DNA of 25,280 nt, from contig NIVC01005130.1 of NCBI GenBank assembly GCA_002269645.1, forward strand, positions 1-25,280, given 5' to 3'. This document shows, piece after piece, positions 1 to 9,568 of this stretch (position 1 is the first letter of the stretch; every line of letters starts with the position of its first letter). This DNA is from Macrostomum lignano (Eukaryota). Below the pieces are notes generated by a model that saw only the letters and a program-made list of their open reading frames with translations, made no database searches and was not told the DNA's origin. Made by a program: the position numbers and the translations under genes.

Positions 1-2
1 CA

Positions 3-90
3 GAAGCGGGACCAGCGGAGCCGGGCCAAACGCTGGCCAGCCTCGATCTCGACTCGTCCGGCTCCGACACCGACTTGGAGGATGTCGATG
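3..90 (+). CDS. LRRC74: LRRC74-like LRR protein, first visible exon (5'-partial): EAGPAEPGQTLASLDLDSSGSDTDLEDVD
   Basis: Frame 3 is open and ends at a phase-1 donor G|GTGAGC (GT at 91). The acidic 'DTDLE' motif recalls the LRRC74 N-terminus. It joins in frame to the exon at 837. Confidence 0.65.
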
Positions 91-154
91 GTGAGCGCAG
101 GAGGGTCGACGGCGAAGTCCATTGATGCCAGGGGAGAGGTTTTGGGGTAACCTG

Positions 155-270
155 GTCAGTGAGGGTGTCTGGTTTGTCAGTGAGGGTGTCTGGTTTGTCA
201 GTGAGGGTGTCTGGTTTGTCAGTGAGGGTGTCTGGTTTGTCAGTGAGGGTGTCTGGTTTGTCAGTGAGGG
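155..270. repeat. 21-bp minisatellite GTCAGTGAGGGTGTCTGGTTT, about 5.5 perfect copies (intron 1)
   Basis: Direct reading; units start at 155, 176, 197, 218, 239, 260. Confidence 0.95.
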
Positions 271-283
271 TTGATAAGGTTTG

Positions 284-787
284 CTGAAAGTGTCAGGTGT
301 CCCGAAAGTGTCAGATGTCCTGAAAGTGTCAGATGTCCTGAAAGTGTCAGATGTCCTGAAAGTGTCAGATGTCCTGAAAGTGTCAGGTGTCCTGAAAGTG
401 TCAGGTGTCCTGAAAGTGTCAGATGTCCTGAAAGTGTCAGGTGTCCTGAAAGTGTCAGGTGTTCTGAAAGTGTCAGATGTCCTGAAAGTTTCAGGTGTCC
501 CGAAAGTGTCAGATGTCCTGAAAGTGTCAGATGTCCTGAAAGTTTCAGGTGTCCCGAAAGTGTCAGATGTCCTGAAAGTGTCAGATGTCCTGAAAGTGTC
601 AGGTGTCTTGAAAGTGTCAGGTGTCTTGCAAGTGTCAGGTGTCCTGAAATTGTCAGGTGTCCTGAAAGTGTCAGATGTCCTGAAAGTGTCAGGTGTCCTG
701 ACAGTGTCAGGTGTCCTGAAAGTGTCAGATGCCCTGAAAGTTTCAGGTGTCCCGAAAGTGTCAGGTGTCTTGAAAGTGTCAAGTGTC
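284..787. repeat. 18-bp minisatellite CTGAAAGTGTCAG(A/G)TGTC, about 28 copies (intron 1)
   Basis: Direct reading. It explains the periodic ORFs at 261-817. Confidence 0.95.
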
Positions 788-836
788 TGCATAAATTTGA
801 GTTCCCATAATGCCTAAAATCCTCACCAATTTACAG

Positions 837-1021
837 ACCCATCTCGAGAGTCCTGGACCGGCCTGACCCGAGGGCTCGAGAAGCTCTACGACAGGGCCTG
901 CGCCACCTACCAGGTGACGGCCCTGACCCAGTTCAAGTTCCAGCTGACCACCAAGCACCTGTCAATCACTAATATGAGCCTCCGGCATCGGGACGTGGCT
1001 GCGATGTGCATTCCACTGGAG
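837..1021 (+). CDS. LRRC74: LRRC74-like exon: (D)PSRESWTGLTRGLEKLYDRACATYQVTALTQFKFQLTTKHLSITNMSLRHRDVAAMCIPLE
   Basis: Acceptor TTTACAG| (AG 835-836), donor GAG|GTTTGT at 1022. Phase 1 to phase 0. The 'LYxxAC...L...' pattern resembles the pre-LRR segment of LRRC74 proteins (recognised from memory). Confidence 0.75.
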
Positions 1022-1046
1022 GTTTGTTGGTTAGCTCGTATTGAAG

Positions 1047-1242
1047 AGTGAGATGCAAGAGTGAGATGCAATAGTGAGATATAAGAGTGAGATGCAGGAG
1101 TGAGCTATAAGAGTGAGATGCAAGAGTGAGATATAAGAGTGAGATGCAATAGTGAGATATAAGAGTGAGATGCAAAGAGTGAGATATAAAAGTGAGATGC
1201 AATAGTGAGATATAAGAGTGAGATGCAGGAGTGAGATGCAAG
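1047..1242. repeat. 13-bp minisatellite AGTGAGAT(GC/AT)A(A/G)(G/T), about 15 copies, largely alternating TGCA/TATA variants (intron 2)
   Basis: Direct reading. Confidence 0.92.
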
Positions 1243-1281
1243 AACGCAAGCAAGACGCTACATCTCTCCCCTTCCGGACAG

Positions 1282-1389
1282 CACAAGGACGATGTCACGC
1301 ACATCAACCTGTCAGGCAATCTGATCGGCACAGGAGGACTCGGCTGCTTACTGCGAGTGGCCAAAGAGTTTCGCAGCCTGGTCAACCTG
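1282..1389 (+). CDS. LRRC74: LRRC74-like exon, LRR: HKDDVTHINLSGNLIGTGGLGCLLRVAKEFRSLVNL
   Basis: Acceptor GGACAG|, donor CTG|GTGAGT at 1390. 108 nt, phase 0-0. Contains the LxxLxLxxNxI motif. Confidence 0.85.
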
Positions 1390-1614
1390 GTGAGTCTGGG
1401 CAGCAGTGGATGGAGAAGAAAGGAGGCAGGGAGGCTGAGACTGGGACACAGGGAAAGAGCGGCTTTTAGGGGATGAGCTCTGCGCTGAAATTTTAAATAA
1501 TCTGATAGGGAAAATCAGAAAATCAGAAAATAAAAATGTTTGCAAATTCTTCCGACATAACTACTGGGTGGAGGAGTGCGTCAGATAGAATGAAAGTGAG
1601 CAACAGGGGAAGAG

Positions 1615-2141
1615 TGAGGGATTGAAGGAGAGGGAGAGAGGAAGTGAGCGATTGAGGGGGGAGGAAGAGAGGGAATGAGGGAGAGAGGGATTGAGGTGAG
1701 GGAGAGAGGGAGAGAGGGATTGAGGGGAGGGAGAGAGGGAGAGAGGGATTGAGGGAGGGAGAGAAGGATTAGTGGAGAGGGGGAGAGAGGGATTGAGGAG
1801 AGAGAAAGAAGGATACGGAGAGAGGGATTGAGGAGAGGGAGAGGGAGAGAGGGATTGAGGGAGAGGGAGAGAGGGATTGAGGGAGAGGGAGAGAGGGATT
1901 GAGGAGAGGGAGAGGGAGAGAGGGATTGAGGGAGAGGGAGAGAGGGATTGAGGGAGAGGGAGAGAGGGATTGAGGGAGAGGGAGAGAGGGATTACGAGAG
2001 GGGGAGAGAGGGATTGAGGGAGAGGGAGAGAGAGGTTGAGGGAGGGAGAGGGAGAGAGGGATTGAGGGAGAGAGAAAAATGGAGAGGGAGAGAGGGATTG
2101 AGGGAGAGGGAGAGCGAGGTTGAAGGAGGGAGAGGGAGAAA
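1615..2141. repeat. Polypurine GA-rich repeat, about 22-bp unit GAGGGAGAGGGAGAGAGGGATT (intron 3)
   Basis: Direct reading; almost no pyrimidines except the ATT spacers. Confidence 0.9.
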
Positions 2142-2716
2142 GGGATTGAGACGGAGCATTGAGGGAGGGGGAGAGGGGGATTGAGACGGAGCATTGAGGG
2201 AGGGGGAGAGAGGGATTGAGACGGAGCATTGAGGGAGGGGGAGAGGGATTGAGATGGAGCATTGAGGGAGGGGGAGAGGGATTGAGATGGAGCATTGAGG
2301 GAGGGGGATAGGGATTGAGACGGAGCATTGAGGGAGGGGGAGAGGGATTGAGACGGAGCATTGAGGGAGGGGGAGAGGGATTGAGATGGAGCATTGAGGG
2401 AGGGGGAGAGGGATTGAGATGGAGCATTGAGGGAGGGGGAGAGGGATTGAGACGGAGCATTGAGGGAGGGGGAGAAGGATTGAGACGGAGCATTGAGGGA
2501 GGGGGGAGAGGGATTGAGATGGAGCATTGAGGGAGGGGAGAGGGATTGAGACGGAGCATTGAGGGAGGGGGGAGGGATTGAGATGGAGCATTGAGGGAGG
2601 GGGATAGGGATTGAGACGGAGCATTGAGGGAGGGGGAGAGGGATTGAGACGGAGCATTGAGGGAGGGGGAGAGGGATTGAGATGGAGCATTGAGGGAGGG
2701 GGGAGAGGGATTGAGA
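2142..2716. repeat. 33-bp minisatellite GGGATTGAGA(C/T)GGAGCATTGAGGGAGGGGGAGA, about 17 copies (intron 3)
   Basis: Direct reading; the 11-aa periodicity of the overlapping spurious ORFs confirms the 33-bp period. Confidence 0.92.
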
Positions 2717-2909
2717 GATGATGAGAGAGGAAGGGAGGATGAGTACGTGTGATATTTGTACAGAGGAAGACATAAGAGAAGCGAGAGGGAGAGAGGGAGA
2801 GAAGGAAGTGGGAGAGGAAGATTTAGGGTGAGGAAAGAAAAGAGGAAAAGCCCTGTTACTAAAAACACGAGTGAATGAGTTGAGACTGACAGCTCGCACC
2901 CGCCCGCAG

Positions 2910-3053
2910 GATCTGAGCCGGAACTCGTTAGGCTGCGAGGCGGCCCAGTTGTTGGCCAGCTCAGTGGACAACCTGAGAAGCCTCCGCTCGCTGAACGTGT
3001 CGGCTAACAGCTTCTTGGAGAGGGACGCCGAGTGCATCGCTACACTGATCACG
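2910..3053 (+). CDS. LRRC74: LRRC74-like exon, LRR: DLSRNSLGCEAAQLLASSVDNLRSLRSLNVSANSFLERDAECIATLIT
   Basis: Acceptor CCCGCAG|, donor ACG|GTGGGG at 3054. 144 nt, phase 0-0. RI-type LRR motifs. Confidence 0.88.
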
Positions 3054-3082
3054 GTGGGGAACTGCGGGATGCCTTAGCCTTG

Positions 3083-3710
3083 TCTAATCTAATTTAGTCT
3101 CTAATCTAATCTAATATAATCTAGTATAATCTAATCTAATCTAATCTAGTCTAATCTAATCAAAGTTAGTCTAGTCTAATTTAGTTTAGTCTAATCTAAT
3201 CTAATTTAGTCGAATCTTCTAGTCTCTAATCTAATCTAATCTAATCTAGTCTAGTATAATCTAGTCTGATCTAATCCAGTGTAGTCTAGTATAATATAAT
3301 GTAATATAATATAATATAATATAATATAATATAATATAATATAATATAATATAATTTAATCTAATCTAACCTAATCTAATATAATCTAATGTAATCTATT
3401 CTATTCTAATCGAATCTAGTCTAATCGAATCTAGTCTAATCGAATCTTAATCGAATCTTAATCTAATCTAATCTAATCTAATCTAATCTAATCTAATCTA
3501 ATCTAATCTAATCTAATCTAATCTAATCTAATGGAATCGAATGGAATCTAATCTAATCTAATCTGATCTATTCTTATCTAATGTAATGTAATGTAATCTA
3601 ATCTAATCTAGTCTGATCTAATCCAGTGTAGTCTAGTATAATCGAATCTAATGTAATCTATTCTATTCTAATCGTATCTAATCGAATCGAATCTAATATA
3701 ATCTAGTCTA
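3083..3710. repeat. Pentanucleotide satellite (TCTAA)n with TATAA, TCTAG, TCGAA and TGTAA variants (intron 4)
   Basis: Direct reading. Confidence 0.95.
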
Positions 3711-3728
3711 AACTCATCAACTCTGCAG

Positions 3729-3896
3729 CAGCTAGAAAGTCTGCGCACGCTGAACGCCAGCGGCAACACCTTCGGCAGCCACGGCGGCGAGCTGATCGGA
3801 GCGGCGCTGCGCGGCAACGGCAGCCTGGAGAACCTGAGCCTCGCTCACTGTGAGATCCGCATTCGCGGCGCCGAGGCCATCGGGATGGCGCTCAAG
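3729..3896 (+). CDS. LRRC74: LRRC74-like exon, two 28-aa LRRs: QLESLRTLNASGNTFGSHGGELIGAALRGNGSLENLSLAHCEIRIRGAEAIGMALK
   Basis: Acceptor CTCTGCAG|CAG (tandem NAGNAG, alternative start 3732), donor AAG|GTGAGG at 3897. 168 nt, phase 0-0. This exon is missing from the ORF track because it has no start codon. Confidence 0.88.
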
Positions 3897-3922
3897 GTGA
3901 GGCTGGGGGAGCGGGATACTAG

Positions 3923-4875
3923 GTTGGAATGGGTGGATTAAGATGGGTTTGGGTGAGATTGGATGGGATGGGATAGGATGGGGTTGGATGGGATTGGATG
4001 GGTTGGGATGGGATTGGATGGGATTGGATGGGATGGGATGAGATTGGATGGGATTGGATGGGATTGGATGGGATTGGATGGGATTGGATGGGATTGGATG
4101 GGATGGGATGGGATGGGATGGGATGGGATGGGATTGGATGGGATTGGATAGGATTGGATGGGATTGGATGGGATTGGATAGGATTGGATGGGATTGGATG
4201 GGATTGGATGGGATTGGATGGGATTGGATGGGATTGGATGGGATTGGATGGGATTGGATGGGATTGGATAGGATTGGATAGGATTGGATAGGATTGGATA
4301 GGATTGGATGGGATTGGATGGGATTGGATGGGATTGGATGGGATTGGATGGGATTGGATAGGATTGGATGGGATTGGATGGGATTGGATGGGATTGGATG
4401 GGATAGGATGGGATTGGATGGGATTGGATGGGATTAGATGGGATGGGATGGGATGGGATGGGATTGGACGGGATTAGATGGGATTGGATGGGATGGGATG
4501 GGATGAGATGGGATTGGATGGGATGAGATGGGATGGGATGGGATTGGATGGGATTGGATGGGATTGGATGGGATTGGATAGGATTGGATGGGATTGGATG
4601 GGATTGGATGGGATTGGATGGGATTGGATAGGATTGGATGGGATTGGATGGGATTGGATGGATTGGATGGGATTGGATAGGATTGGATAGGATTGGATGG
4701 GATTGGATGGGATTGGATGGGATTGGATGGGATCGGATGGGATTGGATGGGATTGGATAGGATTGGATGGGATTGGATGGGATTGGATAGGATTGGATGG
4801 GATTGGATAGGATTGGATAGGATTGGATGGGATTGGATGGGATGGAATGGGATGGGATGGGACGGGATGAAATGA
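3923..4875. repeat. Pentanucleotide/decamer satellite (GGATTGGATG)n with GGATA and GGATG variants (intron 5)
   Basis: Direct reading. Confidence 0.95.
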
Positions 4876-4911
4876 AATAAGCTACCACCTCATCGCTTCA
4901 ATCAATTGCAG

Positions 4912-5106
4912 GAGAACGGCAGTCTGGACTACTTGGACGTCAGTTACAACGGTTTCTCGGACCTGGGCGCGAAGGCCCTCGCCGAGGGTCTCCGGGTGAA
5001 CAGCGCCCTGACGGTGCTGAACCTGACGGCCAACAGGGTGTTCATCGATGGAGCCAGAGCCATCGGTGGCATGTTGGCCGTCAACGAGACTCTGAAGGAA
5101 CTTTAC
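4912..5106 (+). CDS. LRRC74: LRRC74-like exon, LRRs: ENGSLDYLDVSYNGFSDLGAKALAEGLRVNSALTVLNLTANRVFIDGARAIGGMLAVNETLKELY
   Basis: Acceptor TTGCAG|, donor TAC|GTAAGA at 5107. 195 nt, phase 0-0. Classic NxxLxxLxLxxN RI-type repeats. Confidence 0.9.
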
Positions 5107-5206
5107 GTAAGACAACAAGAAAATTCTCGTTTTTTCTCGTAGATTTCTCGCAGTTTTTACTCAAAGTAGTGCAGTTCGGGGGCGCGAATATTATTTCTAC
5201 CCGCAG

Positions 5207-5302
5207 TTGGACAAGAATTCGTTCACTTGCGACGGAGCTCAGGAGATTTTGGCCAAGCTGAAGGAAAACGAGAATACGGCGCTGAAAGTTCTCGATATGA
5301 AG
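5207..5302 (+). CDS. LRRC74: LRRC74-like exon: LDKNSFTCDGAQEILAKLKENENTALKVLDMK
   Basis: Acceptor CCCGCAG|, donor AAG|GTTGGT at 5303. 96 nt, phase 0-0. Completes the LRR begun in the previous exon (LKELY|LDKN). Confidence 0.85.
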
Positions 5303-5319
5303 GTTGGTCTGGCGCTTCA

Positions 5320-5605
5320 CATAAAGGGGCGGATCTGGGCATGAAGGGGCGGATCTAGGCATGAAGGGGCGGATCTAGGCATGAGGGGGCGGATCTAGGC
5401 ATGAAGGGGCGGATCTAGGCATGAAGGGGCGGATCTAGGCATAAAGGGCGGATTTAGGCATGAAGGGCGGATCTAGGCATGAAGGGCGGATCTAGGTATG
5501 AAGGAGAGGATCTAAGAGAGGATCTAAGGTAATGAAGGGGCGGATCTAAGGTAATGAAGGGGCGGATCTAAAGTAATGAAGGGGCGGATCTAAGGTATGG
5601 AGGGG
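5320..5605. repeat. About 20-bp minisatellite GGCATGAAGGGGCGGATCTA, about 14 copies (intron 7)
   Basis: Direct reading; units drift towards the 3' end. Confidence 0.92.
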
Positions 5606-5637
5606 CCTGCAACGAACCCAGCCGTTCACAATCGCAG

Positions 5638-6032
5638 AACGTGAGCGTCACCTACAAGACCGCGGCCGCCGTTCTGCCAACCGTCCAGCAGCCGCTGCTC
5701 GTCCGATTTGAGTCTTTCGTCCGGGAGCCGGGCAGCCTCCGGGAGCAGCTCGGCATCCCCAACGGGTCCGGGTCCAGCGTGCCGCTGACGCAGAAGCTGC
5801 AGGCCGAGGCGGCTCACGTGCTGCGCGTGTTCACGCAGTCACACAGGCTGAATTTGGTCCGGCTGGCCCGCGACGCAGGGGTCCGGGGCGGCGGCGACGG
5901 CCTCACTGAGGCTGAGATGCGCCGGCTGCTGCTGTCACTGCCCGTGGGCCTGCTGGACCAGGAGGTGGACAGCCTGGTGGACAGCCTGCGGGGCGAGCCG
6001 GGGCCGGATGGGAACTGCACCTACTCGCTCAG
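5638..6032 (+). CDS. LRRC74: LRRC74-like exon: LRR cap plus degenerate EF-hand-like C-terminal region (NVSVTYK...GLTEAEMRRLLLSLPVGLLDQEVDSLVDSLRGEPGPDGNCTYS)
   Basis: Acceptor ATCGCAG| (AG 5636-5637), donor AG|GTGGGA at 6033 (phase 2). GC-rich codon usage matches the other exons. Confidence 0.8.
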
Positions 6033-6036
6033 GTGG

Positions 6037-6947
<911 letters not shown>

Positions 6948-6983
6948 AGAAATCAGAAATCATAAACTTGCACTTTTCCGCAG

Positions 6984-7041
6984 CTCCCTGCTGACCTTGG
7001 GCGAGCCGCAGCAGCAGGCCAGGCTGGAGACGCAGCACTGA
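6984..7041 (+). CDS. LRRC74: LRRC74-like terminal exon: (S)SLLTLGEPQQQARLETQH-stop
   Basis: Polypyrimidine tract and acceptor CTTTTCCGCAG|. The phase-2 join gives an open frame ending in tandem stops TGA TAA (7039-7044). Confidence 0.7.
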
Positions 7042-7630
7042 TAAGGGACACTGCCAGCTGATTTAGAGCGGTTACAGCTAACTAAAGCCAGTCCGAGAGT
7101 TGTTTTCAATTTAAACTTGAGATTCGAAGTTACTAGATTTTGTACTTTGATATATGCCATTTAATAATAGCTTATCCAATCTACTCGTATACTTGTAACC
7201 GAATTGCTTAGCGTGAGATTGCTGACATTTTTTGTTCAATAGGTTTTCGAAACTATGCTCACTTGTGTAAAATGCATTTTTCTAACCAAAAATAGATAGC
7301 TACAGGTAACACTTACACTTAACTTTGCGAAATACAGAGTTTCTGAGACCGAATTTACCACGAAACGTTAACCGCGATTAAAACTGTATCCCCTGTATGT
7401 TGCTTCGTTCCAGACACGCCACAAGCAGGAACCACAAGGAACACTTCGTTATAGTCTAGTAGTCCTAGGCCACAAGCACCGTCCGCTTTAATTATATATG
7501 GTATATGAATTAAGTTCGCTAAATTATGAAAGATGAAAGAAAGTACACCATAGACACCATAGACATCATCATAGCCTTAGAAATTCATAATTACTCTCAG
7601 CTCTTAACTAAATATTCAATTAACGTATTT

Positions 7631-7920
7631 CTATTGGCTAGTGGAGGACACATCTAGCTTCATGAAGAATGCTGATTGGCTGAGACAGTTCTGTGCCTTC
7701 TTATTGGCTAGTGGAGGTCAGGTCTAGCTCCAGCCTGAAGTCTGATTGGCTGAGACAGTTCTGTGCCTTCTTATTGGCTAGTGGAGGTCAGGTCTAGCTC
7801 CAGCCTGAAGTCTGATTGGCTGAGACAGTTCTGTGCCTTCTTATTGGCTAGTGGAGGTCAGGTCTATCTCCAGCCTGAAGTCTGATTGGCTGAGACAGTT
7901 CTGTGCCTTCTTATTGGCTA
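7631..7920. repeat. 70-bp tandem repeat, 4 copies (first diverged) plus a 10-bp remnant, each with two ATTGG (reverse CCAAT) motifs
   Basis: Units start at 7631, 7701, 7771, 7841, 7911. Confidence 0.93.
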
Positions 7921-7945
7921 TCGAAACCTCACGCCGGAAATTTCA
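7631..7945 (+). promoter_or_regulatory. Candidate NF-Y (CCAAT) / ETS promoter for the downstream SLC36 transcript
   Basis: Nine ATTGG boxes, four of them in full TGATTGGCT context, followed by CCGGAAAT (7934-7941). Downstream splice donors at 8198 and 8798 suggest 5' UTR exons. Function is inferred. Confidence 0.4.
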
Positions 7946-8516
7946 GCCTGGGAATAAAGTTGGCTATTTGTTTACTAGTTGTTAAAAGCTTTTTCGATTG
8001 AAACTGAAGCTTCTAAGGTTTTTTAATCTACTCATTTAGCCTTCATGCCGTCATTGCTATGCGCTAGAGAAATCCATTGACTAATGGCATAGTGCTGGCA
8101 CAGAAATACTAAGGTTTCCTATATCAAGTTACTTTTCACACTCAGTAAAAATTCTGAGCGTTTCAGTCGAAAGAGTGGAGAGAGTCGAGGCGATAAGGTA
8201 AATATTTTATACTGTTTTTTTCTCTTTCGTCTTTGCACTGACACTATTGTAGCAAAACTTCCGTCTGAGATTCGGTTTTGTTGAAGTTTAGAGACATTGT
8301 CAGTTACTTATGGAATCACTGGAGGGAATTGCTGAAGGAGAGGAGGGGAAGCTGCGTCACCTTCCAAATGTTAGGATTTAAGAAATTAATTCAGTTCATG
8401 TGTTTTGTTGTCGAAGATTCATTCCTTTAAGTTTGAGAGAGATCGGCATTCTAAAGAAGCTTCTGAGTTATGATTTACCTTACCAAAAAATCCAGTCTTC
8501 TATTTTCTTTTTTCTG

Positions 8517-8618
8517 TTGCAGACACAATGATGCGGTCCAGTTTTCTATTGCAGACACAATGGTGCGGTCCAGTTTTCCATTGCAGACACAATGATGCGG
8601 TCCAGTTTTCCATTGCAG
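8517..8618. repeat. 32-bp tandem repeat TTGCAGACACAATG(A/G)TGCGGTCCAGTTTTC(T/C)A, 3 copies plus TTGCAG
   Basis: TTGCAG at 8517, 8549, 8581, 8613. Confidence 0.92.
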
Positions 8619-8797
8619 TTGCAATGCTTGTTCCCACTTGATGTCAATATTCCAAACATTCACAGGTACAACTCGTTTTGCAACTCCAACTCTGAAGGTC
8701 GTCGAGATTTTCTGCTGAATAAATTTATAAGAAGAAAGCGTCAGCTGGGATGCAATAGCAGACAAAGCTGCCTCAAATATTAATTGAAGCGCCTATG
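8523..8797 (+). other. Putative non-coding 5' UTR exon of the SLC36 gene
   Basis: Long polypyrimidine tract plus TTGCAG acceptor (8517-8522); consensus donor ATG|GTGAGT at 8798; next strong acceptor CTCTCTCTTTCGCCTGCAG| at 9351, with no ATG seen before 9569. Confidence 0.4.
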
Positions 8798-9568
8798 GTG
8801 AGTCGTTATATAACCGTGTGTTTCGCGATGCATGCTCTGTAGCTTGTAATACCCTAAGTTCATCCTCGGTCACGAAGTTCAACTTTCTTTAAAGCACGTT
8901 TGCTGCTATTAGTATGTAAGATTCTTGCAAGAAAAGAAACAGTTCGCTTTGCTCTAACAATGTTGACCTCAAGCAACGATTGAAATATTGCACCGCGAAA
9001 TAACCAGATTAGATAATTACGTAATATCTGCATGGTGTTACCTGACAGCTACGCGTTTACAAGCTTTTTATTCAACAGGATCTCCTGTGTCATTTCAATC
9101 TATACTTTCGTAGCTTTCTCAACCGTAGAAAAGTGCAAAATCGTTCGAGCGTACATTAAAAATTGTAACAGCGTGAAATTTGACCGATGACCCATTAATT
9201 TTACACCTGTGGATTCGTCCATTTTTTCTAATACGCTTTCTGTGCGCAAGTACGGCTAGCCCTGCTCAGCTTTGCTGAACGAGAAATTTCAACTGGAATC
9301 GGGAGGGGTGGGGTGCAGCGCGACTCGCCTTTCTCTCTCTTTCGCCTGCAGTACCAACCAAGCAGAAGACGCACAAGATAAAACGTACTGCTTATAAAAA
9401 CTTCTGCAACCCTTAAAACTGCAGTGTGATCACAACCTTTGCTACCGCAGCTCAGGTCTGATTGAACATAAATTCAACTGCAGCAGAGAGAAGCTTTTTA
9501 GAAATCAAAAACAAATCTAAGAGAAGTCGTTGGCTTAACGAATCTGTGTATAGAAAGCGGAAGCAGAA

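Noticed and set aside
284-787. CAG|GT words in the 18-mer as recursive splice sites
   Set aside because: No polypyrimidine tract precedes them, and GTGTCC is a poor donor.
261-817. Three overlapping 170-180 aa ORFs with hexapeptide repeats
   Set aside because: They are translations of the 18-bp minisatellite, which lies inside a GT-AG intron whose flanking exons join in frame.
1561-3052. Long Pro/Ser/Leu-rich minus-strand ORFs (435, 427, 232 aa)
   Set aside because: Artefacts of the stop-free reverse complement of the GA-rich repeats.
3531-3548. ATGGAATCGAATGGAATC resembling human satellite II/III
   Set aside because: Only 18 nt inside a drifting pentamer array; it is reachable by point mutation of TCTAA.
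3938-4888. 316-aa (PIPSN/HPIQS)n ORF and GWD-repeat ORFs
   Set aside because: Pentamer satellite translations with no coding evidence.
8517-8618. 32-bp repeats as a CRISPR array (also considered for the 33-, 35- and 70-bp arrays)
   Set aside because: Units are head-to-tail with no unique spacers, there are no cas genes, and the context is eukaryotic.
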